A model generated the notes under the pieces. The model searched no databases. It was given only the letters and a program-made list of their open reading frames with translations, and had not been told where the DNA came from. Position numbers and translations under genes: made by a program. From Mobula hypostoma (Eukaryota), in the NCBI RefSeq assembly GCF_963921235.1, contig NC_086118.1, positions 5,580,001 to 5,644,000 on the forward strand: 64,000 nucleotides of DNA, given 5' to 3'. This document shows, piece after piece, positions 1 through 12,170 of this stretch; position 1 is the stretch's first letter; every line of letters starts with the position of its first letter.

Positions 1-305
1 TGGGCAATAATCATTGGCTCCACCAATAACACCAACACAACACTTCATATCCAGAATTCTGTGGGTTCGATCTGGAGTCTTCGATAACTGAGGACAGTTA
101 GCCTTTCACTTTGCTGGGAATTCCCAGTCACACACCTCAGACAGTCTTCCTAGCCTCATGTTCCAATTGGTGTGACTTAAGGTGTTGCACATGAACTACT
201 TGTCCAAGGAGTTTCTGATCATTTCCCGGAATAATTACCAGGTGAATGCATTCTATTAGTGAGTTAAAAATGTGAAGTGGCTGTCTTTAATCTTTTCCTC
301 TGCAG

Positions 306-443
306 CTTGCCTCTCAGAAGTTTGAGGAAGGGGAACAAGCTTTTATGGAAGCCAGAAGGGTAGAGTCTGAGCACCAGGCACGACTGCATGCTATCCAACG
401 GAAAATGGAGAGACTTCAGCAGCAAGAACAGCAGATACACCAG
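306..443 (+). CDS. FBF1: Fas-binding factor 1, internal coding exon (coiled coil)
   Basis: Polypyrimidine-CAG acceptor, CAG|GTACGA donor, 138 bp, phase 0/0. LASQKFEEGEQAFMEARRVESEHQARLHAIQRKMERLQQQEQQIHQ resembles the recalled human FBF1 C-terminal coil (ASEKYEEGERALREAQQVQAEQQARL). Upstream exons lie outside the window. Confidence 0.88.
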
Positions 444-855
444 GTACGAGAATGGCAGCGGTTGAGGGGAAAAGCAAGCACGTTTACACTTCTTACTGTT
501 GGGTCAGCTGGGGGTGGCTTTGACAAGCACTTCAGCTGGATGGGGAGGAGAGAAGACAGCCTTGGCATGCGGTGATCATGCTGACCCACCTCCATGTACT
601 GAGCCTGTGTAACAGGGAGAGGAAAATAACAGACATTTTTTCATGGGTAGGGGGTAGGCAGTAGGCAGGAGGGGAGATTCGACTGTTTCCGCTTAATACT
701 GTGATGGAACTGTGACAGTGTTTGTAAAAAGGGAGTGTTGTTTCAATCTAAGTGCTTAATAGATAGGAGTGGGTGATTCTGTTGAAAATAATATGGGAAG
801 AGAAATAGATGGATCAAGTTGCATCTGTTGCGACTAAACTCAATTTGATTTTCAG

Positions 856-973
856 GAACGTCTGAGTCTCGCCCAGCAACGATATCAACCACGCAAATTC
901 ACAACAGGAATTCCCGTCAGTACACTGGTGCCACCTATCAGGAACCAAATGGTACCCATGGTAGACCATTCTT
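856..973 (+). CDS. FBF1: FBF1 internal coding exon
   Basis: TTTTCAG acceptor, CTT|GTAAGT donor, 118 bp, phase 0/1. Begins ERLSLAQQR (human EHLSLAQQR). Confidence 0.85.
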
Positions 974-1924
974 GTAAGTGCTTCATTGAAACTACAATCT
1001 CCCGTTGATTGGTACATGCAGGGCACTTTTTGTTAGTTGTATTCCTCAGCTTGTAGCGCTCAATGCAGAGGGGTGTGTAATACCTACAGTAAAGAGTGTA
1101 TTGCGTGTGGAGATAATGCAGAGTAAAGGTGTGGAGTGGCACCTACACTGTGTCCATCAGCTTTGAAAAGACAATGTTTAAGAGCACGCATTAAAGTACT
1201 ACACTGCTTTTCAGTAAAATCAGGCTACATTTCTTTTTCAAAGATGCTGCCTGAACAGGTGAGTATTTCCAGCATTGAACAATCTGCTGCAGGAACTCAG
1301 CAGGTTGAGCAGCATCTGTGGGGTCATGGGGTGTGGGGATGCGGGGGCGGGGGGAAGAAGGCAAGAGGAATTGTCAGCATTTCAGGTGTATTTCCAGCAT
1401 TCTGTTTTTAAATGGCTGACACCACAGCAGCTCTTTCTACAACGCTGAAGTACATTTCAAGTTCTGGAGCTCTAGCGAACCTGCAGCTGTAGCAATGAGA
1501 GAGTACACTGAGTCAGGCTGATGTTCCCCATGTTAAAAATGATCAGGGATTGGATCTTCACAAAACCCTCAATGTAAATCTATAGGTCATTTCAGACCTA
1601 TGACTCCCAAATGTTTTGATACTTGTAGTTTCTATTAATTTGGGCTGTGGTAAATCACTTAATTTTCCCTTTGACACTGTTAGAAGCTTTTGGCAGTAAG
1701 ATTCCAAATAAATATGGCAAGGTGTCATCAGCTCAAATCCCAAAGTCGAGGATGTGATTTCAGGCTGTTTGGCTCTCTCCATACATAAGGAATATATGAG
1801 GTTCTGACAATTTTGAAATTTTTCTCCAACTTCAAGTGATTTTTGGAATAATACTATTTGTGTCCTTCATTGCAAGCTGCAAAAGCCGAAGGTAAATGTT
1901 AAGTGCTGCTCACTTCTCTTTCAG

Positions 1925-2064
1925 ATCTTTCTCCAATGCGCGAGAATGCTCTTTGTAGTACACCTGGGAATTCTGGATCAGGTCGATATACTGAGAAAAT
2001 TGTAGGATCCGAGGCTTCAGAATTGGGGGCCAAGCTTGCTATTTTCAGACTTGCTGGTGAGAAG
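1925..2064 (+). CDS. FBF1: FBF1 penultimate coding exon
   Basis: CTCTTTCAG acceptor, AAG|GTGAGG donor, 140 bp, phase 1/0, consistent with both neighbours. Ends ELGAKLAIFRLAGEK (human LHARLALLRHMAEQ). Confidence 0.82.
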
Positions 2065-2502
2065 GTGAGGTCTGTTGATCTTTGTGAATAAAAGTTGAAG
2101 CAGGAAATGGCCATTCATCCCCTCCTGTCTGTTTTCTCATTCATGACTGGTTTATCTGTGCAGTAGTCCTGCACTAAAACCCATATCCCTCAATTCCCTT
2201 AATATCTTAACATCTATTGACCTCAGTCTTGAATATACTCCGTGACTAAACCTCCACAGAGATGTTGTAGAGAATTCCAAACAATCAATATCTGCTGAGT
2301 GAAACTATTTTCCCTGTAAGTCCCGAATGTGAAACTGTGATCTCCAGTCTCTGAGAAGCCTGTGTGTTTGAAAATTGAAAAATATTCTGGGAATACATCA
2401 AACAAGTTATTTTGTTGACTAATGAATTGCAGTGGAAATTGCCAAAGGTGAACATTGCACTGAATAAAAAGAATATTAAATCAAATTATTTAAACACTAG
2501 GG

Positions 2503-4005
2503 TAGTGGTCGCCAACCTTTTTGAGCCCAAGATCCCCTACCTCGGCCTTAGTGAAAGGCAAGATCTACCCTTTAAATCGTTTAGAGGAAAAACAACTCAG
2601 ATTGTACTTCCAACTTGAGGCCTTTTACTTGGACTAATTGTATTTGAATTACATAAAATGCTTTTGTCAAACTTTCAAATTAATTCAACCAAGAAAACAC
2701 TGTAACTAGCATATCAAACATGCCGTAGCTGTCTTTCTTTAAGAATATTACAATACTTCATACCTTTTGTAGTAACTTCTACTTTGAAAAAGGACCACTC
2801 GACAACTTCATGTCCAAAGGAACAACTTTATCTGGGATGGCAAAACCAATGCGGCCGAGGGGCTTATACACACATGCGCAGAAAAGACCAGAAGTAGAAC
2901 CCCGCAACCCCGGAAACAACCTCTGTTTACAAACAGCTTTCCGTAGCGGGAGTATTGCTATATTACCATTATCCTAATTGGTACTAACTTATCTTTATAA
3001 TGCTCACATTACAACACTTCTCCCCCTTTAAATTCCAACATTCCCCAAATGTAAAAGAACTGGGAAACAAAAAACAGTGGTGTCATTAGCTTGCGTACCC
3101 CTGAAACTTATACTAGTGTCTCAGTAACAGTTTATCAATACAAAACACCTGAAAAATGTGGCAGATTCAACATTCAGTCTAACAAAGGAAACTGTCCATT
3201 CGAATATTCAGTCTGTCAGGAGGTTTGCGAGGGAGCTGTGCTGAAACGGTTTGTTGACTTGCTGCCTGAGATAAAGAAAGGAGGAGCACGAGGAACTGTC
3301 AGATGATGCGTGGCTACTAGATTTAGGGTTTCGGACAGACCTAATGGCTAAATTAAACGCAGTTAACAGCGAGCTCATGGGAAAAGACCTACACCTGCCC
3401 CACATGATAAGCACAGTAAATGTGTTTAAGGCCAAGCTTGGTGTTTGGATTTCAAATTTAAAGAACGGAGGCTGACACACTTTCTCAACTTGAAGAAACT
3501 GTTATAGGCCATCAAGGAAAAAAAAACGCTTTTCACCCTGAGCAGTACTGTGCTTACCGAGACAAACTGGCAATAGAGTTCGATTGGCGTTTTGGGGAGT
3601 TAAACGTCATGAAAGATATTGCTGCATTTATTTCAAACCCATTTCTGCTAATCGATATAGAACAGATAGCAGCCAAATTCCAGCAAGTATTTAGTGTGCC
3701 AAGTGATATTGAAATGGAAATAATTGATTTGCAAAATGACATTTAGCTTAAAGCAAGATCAAGGGACGATGACTTTTGGGGGCTTGTCGGGGAGTCTTTC
3801 CTCATCTCACCACATGTGCACTGAAAGTCAGTGCCTACTTCGGGTCAACTTACCTGTGTGAAATTGCATTTTCACAGATGAAAATTATTAAAACTAAGTA
3901 CAGGAGCTGTCTTACTGACAGACACCTCACAGACTGTCTCAGACTGGCTGTCTAGTTATGAGCCCAATCTCAGGGAACTAGCAGAAAGTATTCAGCCCCA
4001 GTCAT
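2503..4005 (+). mobile_element. Degenerate hAT (Charlie/Buster, GTF2IRD2-like) DNA transposon
   Basis: TIR-like TAGTGGTCGCCAACCTTTTT at about 2503. Broken transposase C-half at about 3230-4005 (GAVLKRFVDLLPEI, WLLDLGFRTDL, AYFGSTYLCEIAFSQMKIIKTKYRSCLTD dimerisation motif). Right TIR not seen. Confidence 0.8.
2768..3230 (-). mobile_element. 3' end of a Gypsy LTR retrotransposon (3' LTR, PPT and end of pol)
   Basis: LTR 2768-3016 bounded by TGTAGTAA...TTACAACA (7/8 inverted). Adjacent polypurine tract AAAGGGGGAGAAG on minus (3017-3029). Minus-strand peptide RKPPDRLNI near 3200-3228 is typical of Gypsy pol ends. Confidence 0.72.
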
Positions 4006-5040
4006 TAAAATAATGAAACTCAGAAAGGAAGTCAAGGAAGGATTGACTACTGAGTCTTTGTGGATGGAAGTTAGAACCAGGAAGGGGTCAATAACTCTAC
4101 TGGGTGTTTTTTATAGACCACCTAATAGTAAGAGGGACATCGAGGAGCAGATAAGGAGACAGATTCTGGAAAGGTGTAATAATAACGGGGTTGTCATCGT
4201 GGAAGATTTCAATTTCCCAAATATTGATTGGCATCTCCCTAGAGCAAAGGGTTTAGATGGGGTGGAGTTTGTTAGGTGTGTTCAGGAAGGTTTCCTGACA
4301 CAATATGAATATGAGCCTACAAGAGGAGAGGCTGTACTTGATCTTGGTATTGGGAAATGAACCTGGTCAGGTGTCAGGTCACTCAGTGGGAGAGCATTTT
4401 GGATATAGTGTTCACAATTCTATCTCCTTTACCATAGCATTGGAGAGGAACAGACAAGTTAGGAAAGCGTTTAATTGGAGTAAGGGGAAACATGAAGCTA
4501 TCAGGCAGGAACTTGGAAGCATAAATTGAGAACAGGTGTTCTCAGGGAAATGTACAGCAGAAATGTGGCAAATGTTTAGGGGATATTTGCGTGGTGTTCT
4601 GCATACATACGTTCCAATGAGACAGGGAAAGGATGGTAGGGTACAGAAACCATGGTGTACAAAGGCTGTTGAAAATCTAGTCAAGAAGAAAAGAAGAGCT
4701 TACGAAAGGTTCAAAAAAACTAGGTAATAATAGAGATCTAGAAGATTATAAGGCTAGCAGGAAGGAGCTTAATAATGAAATTAGGAGAGCCAGAAGGGGC
4801 CACGAGAAGGGCTTAACAAGCAGGATTAAAGAAAATCCCAAGGCATTCTACATGTATGTGCAGAGCAAGAGAATAAGACGTGAGAGAATAGGACCAATGA
4901 AGTGTGACAGTGAAAGTGTGAATGGAACTGGAGGAGATAGCAGAGGTACTTAATGAATATTTTGCTTCAGTATTCACTACAGAAAAGGATCTTGGTGATC
5001 GTAGGGATGACTTACAGTGGACTGAAAAGCTTGAGCATGT

Positions 5041-6341
5041 GGCCCTCCTGCTTCAAATTATCCACCATTGTCCCTGTACCAAAAAAGGCCAAGGTAACAT
5101 GCCTGTCGCACTCACCTCAATAATAAGCAAATGCTTTGAGAGGCTGGTCAAGAATTACATCTGCAGCTTATTACCACCCAAACTGGACCCCCTACAATTT
5201 GCCTACCGACACAACCAGTTGACAGACGATGCAATAACTACTGCTCTACATAGTGTCCTTGCACATCTGGAGAAGAAGGATGCTTACGTGAGAATCCTGT
5301 GCTTGGATTACAGTTCAGCATTCAACACCATAATTCTATCCAGGCTCGACAAGAAGCTCAGAGACCTTGGCCTTGACCCTGCCTTGTGCAGCTGGAGCCT
5401 TGACTTCCTGTCAGATCGCCAGCAGGTGGTAAGAGTGGGCTCCCTCACCTCCACACCTCTGACTCTCAATACAGGAGCCCCTCAGGGCTTTGTACTGAAT
5501 CCCCTCCTTTACTTTACTCCTTATATACCCATGACTGTGTCGCCACCCACAGCCAACGACACTACATTGATTGAATCTCAAACAATAACAAGGTGGCCTA
5601 CAGGGAAGAAGTCATCTCTCTGACACAGTGGTGTCAAGAAAACAACTTCACCCTCAATGTTGCAAAAACAAGGGAGCTGGTTGTGGATTATAGGAGGAAT
5701 GGAGACGGGCTAACCCCTATTGACATCAATGGATCTGGGGTTGAGAGGGTAAACAGCTTTAAGTTCCTTGGCATCCATATCACCGAGAACCTCATGTGGC
5801 CTGTACACATCAGCTGTGTGTTGAAAAAGGCATAACAGAGCCTCTTTCACTTCAGATGGTTGAGGAAGTTTGGTATGGGCCCCCAAATTCCAAAAAATTT
5901 CTACAGGGGCACAATTGAGAGCGTCCTGACTGGCTGCATCACTGCTTGATATGGGAACTGTACCTCCCTTAATCATATGATTCTGCATAGAGTGGTGCGG
6001 ACAGCCCAGTGCATCTGTAGTTGTGAACTTCCCATGATCAGGACATTTACAAAGACAGGTGTGTAAAAGGGACGTGAAAGATCTTTGGGGACCGGAGTCA
6101 CCCCAATCACAATCTATTCCACCTGCTACCATCTGGAAAATGGTACCGCTGTATAAAAGCCAGGACCAACAGGCTCCACCAGGCCATAAGACTGATCAAC
6201 TCACGCTGATTTGAGTGTATTTCTATGTAACATTTTTATAAATTGCTATGATTGCACATTGCACATTTAGACGGAGACTTAACGCAAAGGTTTTTACTCC
6301 TCATATATGTGAAGGATGTAAGAATTAAAGTCAATTCAATT
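5041..6341 (+). mobile_element. 5'-truncated Rex1/Babar-type LINE nested in CR1
   Basis: RT motifs [58 protein letters not shown] followed by (TCAAT)n tail. The host CR1 resumes at 6342. Confidence 0.88.
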
Positions 6342-7238
6342 CATTAAGAAAGAGGATGTGCTGGAGCTTTTGGAAAGCATCAAGTTGGATAAGTCACCGG
6401 GACCAGCTGAGATACACCCCAAGCTACTGTGGGAGACGAGGGAGGAGATTGCTGAGCCTCTGGCAATGATCTTTGCATCATCAGTGGGGATGGGAGAGGT
6501 TCCAAAGGATTAGAGGGTTGAAGTTGATGTTCCCTTATTCCAGAAAGGGAGTAAAAGAATAGCCCAGGAAATTATAGACTGGTAGATCTCACTTCAGTGG
6601 TTGGTAAGTTGATGGAGAACATCCTGAGAGGCAGGATTTATGAACTTTTGGAGAGGCATAATATGATTAGGACTAGTCAACACATGGCTTTGTCAAAGAA
6701 AGGTCGTGCCTTACGAGCCTGATTGAATTTCTTGAGGATGTGACTAAACACATTGATGAAGGAAGAGCAGTAGATATAGTGTATATGTATTTCAGCAAGG
6801 CATTTGATTAGGTACCCATGCAAGGCATATTGAAAAAGTAAGGAGGCTTGGGATCCAAGGGGACCTTACTTTGCGGATCCAGAATTGGCTTGCCCACAGA
6901 AGGCAAAGAGTGGTTGTAGACGGGTCATTTTCCGTATTGAGGTGGGTGACCAGTGGTGTGCCTCAGGTATCTGTTCTGGGACCCTTACTCTTCGTGATTT
7001 TTATAAATGACCTAGATGAAGAAGTGCAGGGCTGGGTTAGTAAATTTGCTGATGATACAAAGGTTGGGGGTGTTGTGGATAGTGTGGAGGGCTGTCAGAG
7101 GTTACAGCGGGACATTGATAGAATGCAAAACTGGGCTGAGAAGTGGCAGATGGAGTTCAACCCAGATAAGTGTGAGGTGACACACACAAAAAACGCTGGT
7201 GAACTCAGCAGGCCAGGCAGCATCTATAGGAAGAGGTT

Positions 7239-7280
7239 CTGTTGATGTTTCGGGTTGAGACCCTTCATCAGGACTAACTG
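7239..7280 (-). ncRNA. Minimal type I hammerhead ribozyme motif (PLE pLTR)
   Basis: Minus strand reads CAGTTAGTC-CTGATGA-A-GGG-TCTCAA-CCC-GAAAC-ATC-AACAG. CUGANGA and GAAA cores intact. Confidence 0.72.
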
Positions 7281-8313
7281 AGAGAAGAGATAGTAAGAGA
7301 TTTGAAAGTGGAAGGGGGAGATCTGAAATGATAGGAGAAGGCAGGAGGGGGAGGGATGGAGCCAAGAGCTGAAAAGTTGATTGGCTAAAGGGATACGAGG
7401 CTGGAGAAGAGAGAAGATCATGGGATGGGAGGCTTAGGGAGAAAGAAAGGGGGAGGGGGGGAAAGCCCAGAGGATGGGCAAAAAGTTATAGTGAGAGGGA
7501 CGAGAAAAAAAGAGAGAAAACAAAAAGGGGGGAAATAAATAAATAAATAAAGGATAGGGTACAAAGGGGAGGTGGGGCATTAATGGAAGTTAGAGAAGTC
7601 AATATTCATGCCATCAGGTTGGAGGCCACCCAGACGGAATATAAGGTGTTGTTCCTCCAACCTGAGTGTGGCTTCATCTTTACAGTAGAGGAGGCTGTGG
7701 ATAGACATATCAGAATGGGAATGGGACGTGGAATTAAAATGTATGGCCACTGGGAGATCCTGCTTTCTCTGGCGGACAGAGTGTAGGTGTTCAGCGAAAC
7801 GGTCTCCCAGCCTGCGACAGGTCTCACCAATATATAGAAGGCAAACATATAATTCTCTGTAACTTCCGCCACCTCCAACTGGATCCCACCCCTAAGCACA
7901 TCTTTCCCTCCCCCCCACTTTCTGCTTTCCGCAGGGATCACTCCCTACGCAACTCCCTTGTCCATTCATCCCCCCCATCCCCTCCCACCGATCTCCCTCC
8001 CGGCACTTATCCTTGTAAGCGGAACAAGTGCCACACATGTCCTTACACTCATAAATAAATATCTATTTATTTATTTTTCTTTCCTCCTTTTTTCTCCTTC
8101 TGTCCCTCTCACTATAACTCCTTGCCCATCTTCTGGGTCCCCCCCCCCTTCTTTCTCCCTTGGCCTCCCGTCCCATGACCCTCTCCCTTCTCCAGCCTCA
8201 TATCCCTCTTGCCAATCAACTTTCTAGCTCTTAACTCCATCCCTCCTCCTCCTGTCTTCTCATATCATTTCAGATCTCCCCTCCCCCCTCAAATCTCTTA
8301 CTATCTCTTCTTT

Positions 8314-8355
8314 CAGTTAGTTCTGATGAATGGTCTCGGCCCAAAATGTCGACTG
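8314..8355 (+). ncRNA. Decayed hammerhead ribozyme motif (PLE pLTR)
   Basis: CAGTTAGTT-CTGATGA-A-TGG-TCTCGG-CCC-AAAAT-GTC-GACTG. The GAAA core is mutated to AAAA. Confidence 0.55.
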
Positions 8356-9287
8356 TACCTCTTCCTATAGATGCTGCCTGGCCTGCTGCATTCACCAGCA
8401 TTTTCTGTGTGTGTGGTTTGAATTTCCAGAATCTGCAGATTTCCTCGTGTTTAAGTGTGAGGTGGTTCATTTTGGTAGGTCAAATATAATGGCAGAATAT
8501 AGTATTAATGGTAAGACTCTTGGCAGTGTGGGTCCCTTGGGGTCAGAGTCCATAGGACACTCAAAGCTGCTGTACAGGTTGACTGTGTGGTTAAGAAGGC
8601 ATAAAGTGCATTGGCCTTCATCGACCGTGGGATTAAGTTCAAGAGCAGAGAGGTAATGTTACACTACATAGGACCTATTTGGAGTATTGCCTTTAGTCAC
8701 CTCACTACAGGAAGGATGTGGAAACTATAAAAAGGGTGCAGAGGAGATTTACAAGGATGTTGCTTGGATTGGGGAGCATGCCTTATGAGAATAGGTTGAG
8801 TGAACGCGGCCTTTTCTCCTTAGAGCGACGGAGGATGAGAGGTGACCTGATAGAGGTGTACAGTATAAGTTGATAAGAGGCATTGATCGTGTGGATAGTC
8901 AGGGCTGAAATGGCTAACAGGAGAGGGCACAGTTTTAAGGTGCAGAGGGGATGTTAGGGGTAAGTTTTTTTAAGCAGAGAGTGGTGAGTGCGTGGAATGG
9001 GCTGCCAGTAATGGTGGTGGAGGCGGATACAACAGGATCTTTTAAGAGACTCCTGGACAGGTACATGGAGCTTAGAAAAATAGAGGGCTATGGGTAACCC
9101 TTGGTAATTTCTAAAGTTCGGCACAGTATTGTGGTCCGAAGTATTGTGCTGTAGGTTTTCTATGTTCTATGTTTCCAGCTCTGAATAGAATCAGCACATT
9201 CTGAAATCATATTGTCTATTTCAGTCTGACACACAATTAGCTTAATAGTGCCCCTTCAGTGATTTGTCTTGTTCTCTCCTTCTGCAG

Positions 9288-9371
9288 GACCATGATTTCC
9301 TTGAAGATGAGCAGTTCTTCCTGGAGACACTGAAGAAGGCTCAATATAATGTATTTAGCCAAACAGCATAA
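9288..9371 (+). CDS. FBF1: FBF1 last coding exon with stop
   Basis: TCTGCAG acceptor. DHDFLEDEQFFLETLKKAQYNVFSQTA* matches the recalled human FBF1 end DRDFLENEQFFLETLKKGSYNLTSHSA*. Confidence 0.92.
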   Translation, partial: DHDFLEDEQFFLETLKKAQYNVFSQTA

Positions 9372-11391
9372 AAACTGCATGATGCTGGTCTTCCATTGGC
9401 ATTTTTTTTTACATTTGTTATGATTATAAGCTGTGCAAATTTTTAATCTAGTATTTTTTAATATATATTTTTGTAGGAAAGCAAGTCAGGTACATCAAAA
9501 TATCATTTTGTGAATGAATTATGTACCTGATTGTTCCTGTGGTAACAATTTCTAACTCATCTGCTGGCTTGGATGTAACTAATTTTTTGACACAAGTTTA
9601 GACTGTCTATGAAAATCAAACAAGCCTAGTCCCTCAAATGTAAATCACATTGTGTGGGTAGTTGGCGGACTTGACCTGGCAGTGTTTGAAGCTACACGAT
9701 TTGTAACGGAACTTTTTCAGTGATTATGAACCAAAATCCTATGCAAGCAGGGAGTTTAAGCATGGTCTGAGTTTTCTGAAATACGCACTTCTAAATCATA
9801 ATTAAAAAATTAACTTGCCCACAGCCCATACCTAGTTCCTATTCCCTTAATCATTTTGTTTACTTGATAAGTTGATTATTTTCCGGGGAAGGACTATAGG
9901 GTTTGACTTGATACTGGAATTAGACAGTCAGATGGCAATCTGTGTTAAGTATAGAGGAATAGCAGTCTTAACTTTTGAACATTAATGTACATCAGATTTC
10001 AAATTTGAGAATGGTCTTTTTAATCCAGTCAGCAGATTAATCCATGATCAAAAGTATTAAAAAGTCTCATTCTCTTGAAACTGTGGCTCCAACACAAAAG
10101 AGCCCTGCTACTTTCTAGAATACTCACTTCATGCAAAACAACCTAACTAGTTCATCTATTTTTACTGTAGGGATTCTTGATAATTTTCTAGAGATTAATG
10201 TACATCATGAGAAGTTCTCTACAGAATTAAATGCAGCACATTTTATTTATATTTTTAAAATTAAAACAAAGTGCGGGAAGTGGAACTGACTGTCTTACCT
10301 ACTTCCAATAGCATGTCAGTTTTGGATAAATGTATATTGAGATAAAATATGCAGATTCAGGTCAGAACGTTCCCTGCCAGTCTGGCTCACTACTCTCTCG
10401 ACTATGATGTGATTCTATCATAGTGATGTGCTTGTATGAATGCATGTGCCCTCTCTTCTTAGTTTTAGTCTCAAATGGATCAACATCGGTTTAACATTGT
10501 TACATTTACAGCAAGGTAGTTTAAGGCTTGGGTCAAGTTTAATTTTTTTCCCCTCCTGAGCAACCTCACATTGACTCAAACTTTGATAGCACACTAACAA
10601 TGTATCTATTCTAATCTTTAATAGTTTTACTGTTTCTAATCTACAGGGGAATCTAGCTGATCTCCCACCATGAAGCACATAAACCACTGCAGTGCCGTGA
10701 GAAGATGAAAAGGGTTCAGACCATTAATTGGTTTTCATCTGTAAAGGCTTCAACTGATGTTTTAAAAATGTAGAACTATAAATTTTATTACATAAATTAG
10801 ACCAATGTGAATTATAAAATCACAGAAACACATAAAAACAAGAGAACTAACCTAAAGTACACAAATAACAGTATAAAAGAATAAACAAACACCTTAAAAT
10901 CATGTTAGATAGTAGTCATGGACAGCCTGGAGCAAACATTCATTAAATTTCTCCGTTCCAAGAAAGTGAGTTAGGGAACCATTTCTCTCCAGCACAAATA
11001 TGATGCTCCCCAAAAAAATGCATTCTTGACATCAAAATTCTCCAAAGTAACCACCCCCAGGACAACCCATTCATGCAGGGAGCCTCTGTTGTCCTCAAAT
11101 CTGGTTACACTCACCCAACTACCAAATTTTTCCTTCCAGAAAATGACTTCAGCTATCCCATGTTCATTGTTACTATCAACAAAAGCCAATTTTTTTTAAA
11201 TGCCATTCAGCCTAACTAAGAAGCCTTATTACAAAGTAGGTCTAATGGTCTCACGCCTATTAGTTCTTGATTCTTCACTGCTGGACAGTTTCCGAAGATG
11301 TGGCCGGTATGTGCTGCCCTTGTCCATTGCAGTATTTCTGTTATGAAAGCCATTTTAGAATCAAAGTCGTTTACTGTCATATAAGCAAATA

Positions 11392-12170
11392 CAGTAGATT
11401 CTGGTTAAACAGGACAGCTGCTTATTTGAGACAACTCTTACAGAACAAAAAGTAGTTGAGAAACTAGCCAGAATTCCCTTTGTTTATTTGGGACACTATG
11501 CCAGTTAACTGGGGCAGAAGACTGCAGCTGCACAGTTTCTAACTAATGTAAGATGCATACTCTTGTGTGGCTTTTAGACACTACACCATGCTTAGAGCAA
11601 AGTTTTTAAATATTGTCAGTAGCATGTGCTTGTGTTTTTTTAAAAAAAAAGTGACTTGTATCACAGAAAGTTGGTGAGAAATAAACAGCAAGACAATTTA
11701 GAACTGTTTTGCTCACAGCGGTTTCAAGCATTCAGGCCAGAAACAGCTGGGAGTGTAAATGAAAGTTACTTCAACAAGTTAGGAACTACAAAGAATTGGA
11801 AGGTATCAACATCATTTTGGATGTTAAAATGAAAATGAAGATTTGGAGGATGCAATTGTTAATAACATTTTATGAAGGTAGTCCACTATCTTACACTAAA
11901 TGTCTGTGCTGATTTTGTTTATTTACAGTCAGTCTAAAGAATGTGGCAGATGAACTTTTCCATCAATAATTGTTAGGAACTAATACAGTTTGTAGCACTG
12001 TAATAGTATTGATGGTGCTATAATTTTCCCTGTATTTTATTTGAATACATAGTTTGTTCCTCAGTTAAATAGTAGTTTGTCTTTTGTGTACCTTTTTACC
12101 TATTTCCATAAAACTTCAGCGAATTGGGGCAGCCACTTAATTGGGCCAAAATGTACCGGTCCCACTAAAC
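11392..12170. mobile_element. Old Tigger/pogo-like non-autonomous DNA transposon
   Basis: Starts TA|CAGTAGATTCTGGTTAA. Subterminal repeats of the AATTGGGGCAGCC..TTAATTGGGCC type near both ends. Right terminus is degraded. Confidence 0.5.

Larger units (their letters stand above)
7180..8451. mobile_element. Penelope-like (Neptune) fold-back element with inverted pseudo-LTRs
   Basis: Perfect 13-bp TSD TAAGTGTGAGGTG (7167-7179 / 8452-8464). Left arm (minus) has the GIY-YIG C-part LYIGETCRRLGDRFAEHL...MNIDFSNF. Right arm (plus) has the Cys linker PCKRNKCHTCPY. About 370-bp inverted arms. Confidence 0.9.
4015..9174 (+). mobile_element. 5'-truncated CR1 (HER1-like) LINE, ORF2 pseudogene, interrupted twice
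   Basis: APE motifs (GVFYRPPNS, DFNFPNIDW), RT (GVPQVSVLGPLLFVIFINDL, KFADDTK) and (TTCTATG)n tail at about 9158-9174. Hosts inserts at 5041-6341 and 7180-8451. Confidence 0.92.

Noticed and set aside
3230-4005. GTF2IRD2/EPM2AIP1-like host gene
   Set aside because: Frameshifted, stop-containing half transposase with a TIR, located in an intron.
4922-5623. 233-aa ORF as a single RT protein
   Set aside because: A junction product of CR1 and the nested Rex1 fragment, truncated before the catalytic motif.
10418-11340. Short minus-strand ORFs downstream of FBF1
   Set aside because: No recognisable domain or splice structure. Possibly very old repeat or 3' UTR sequence.
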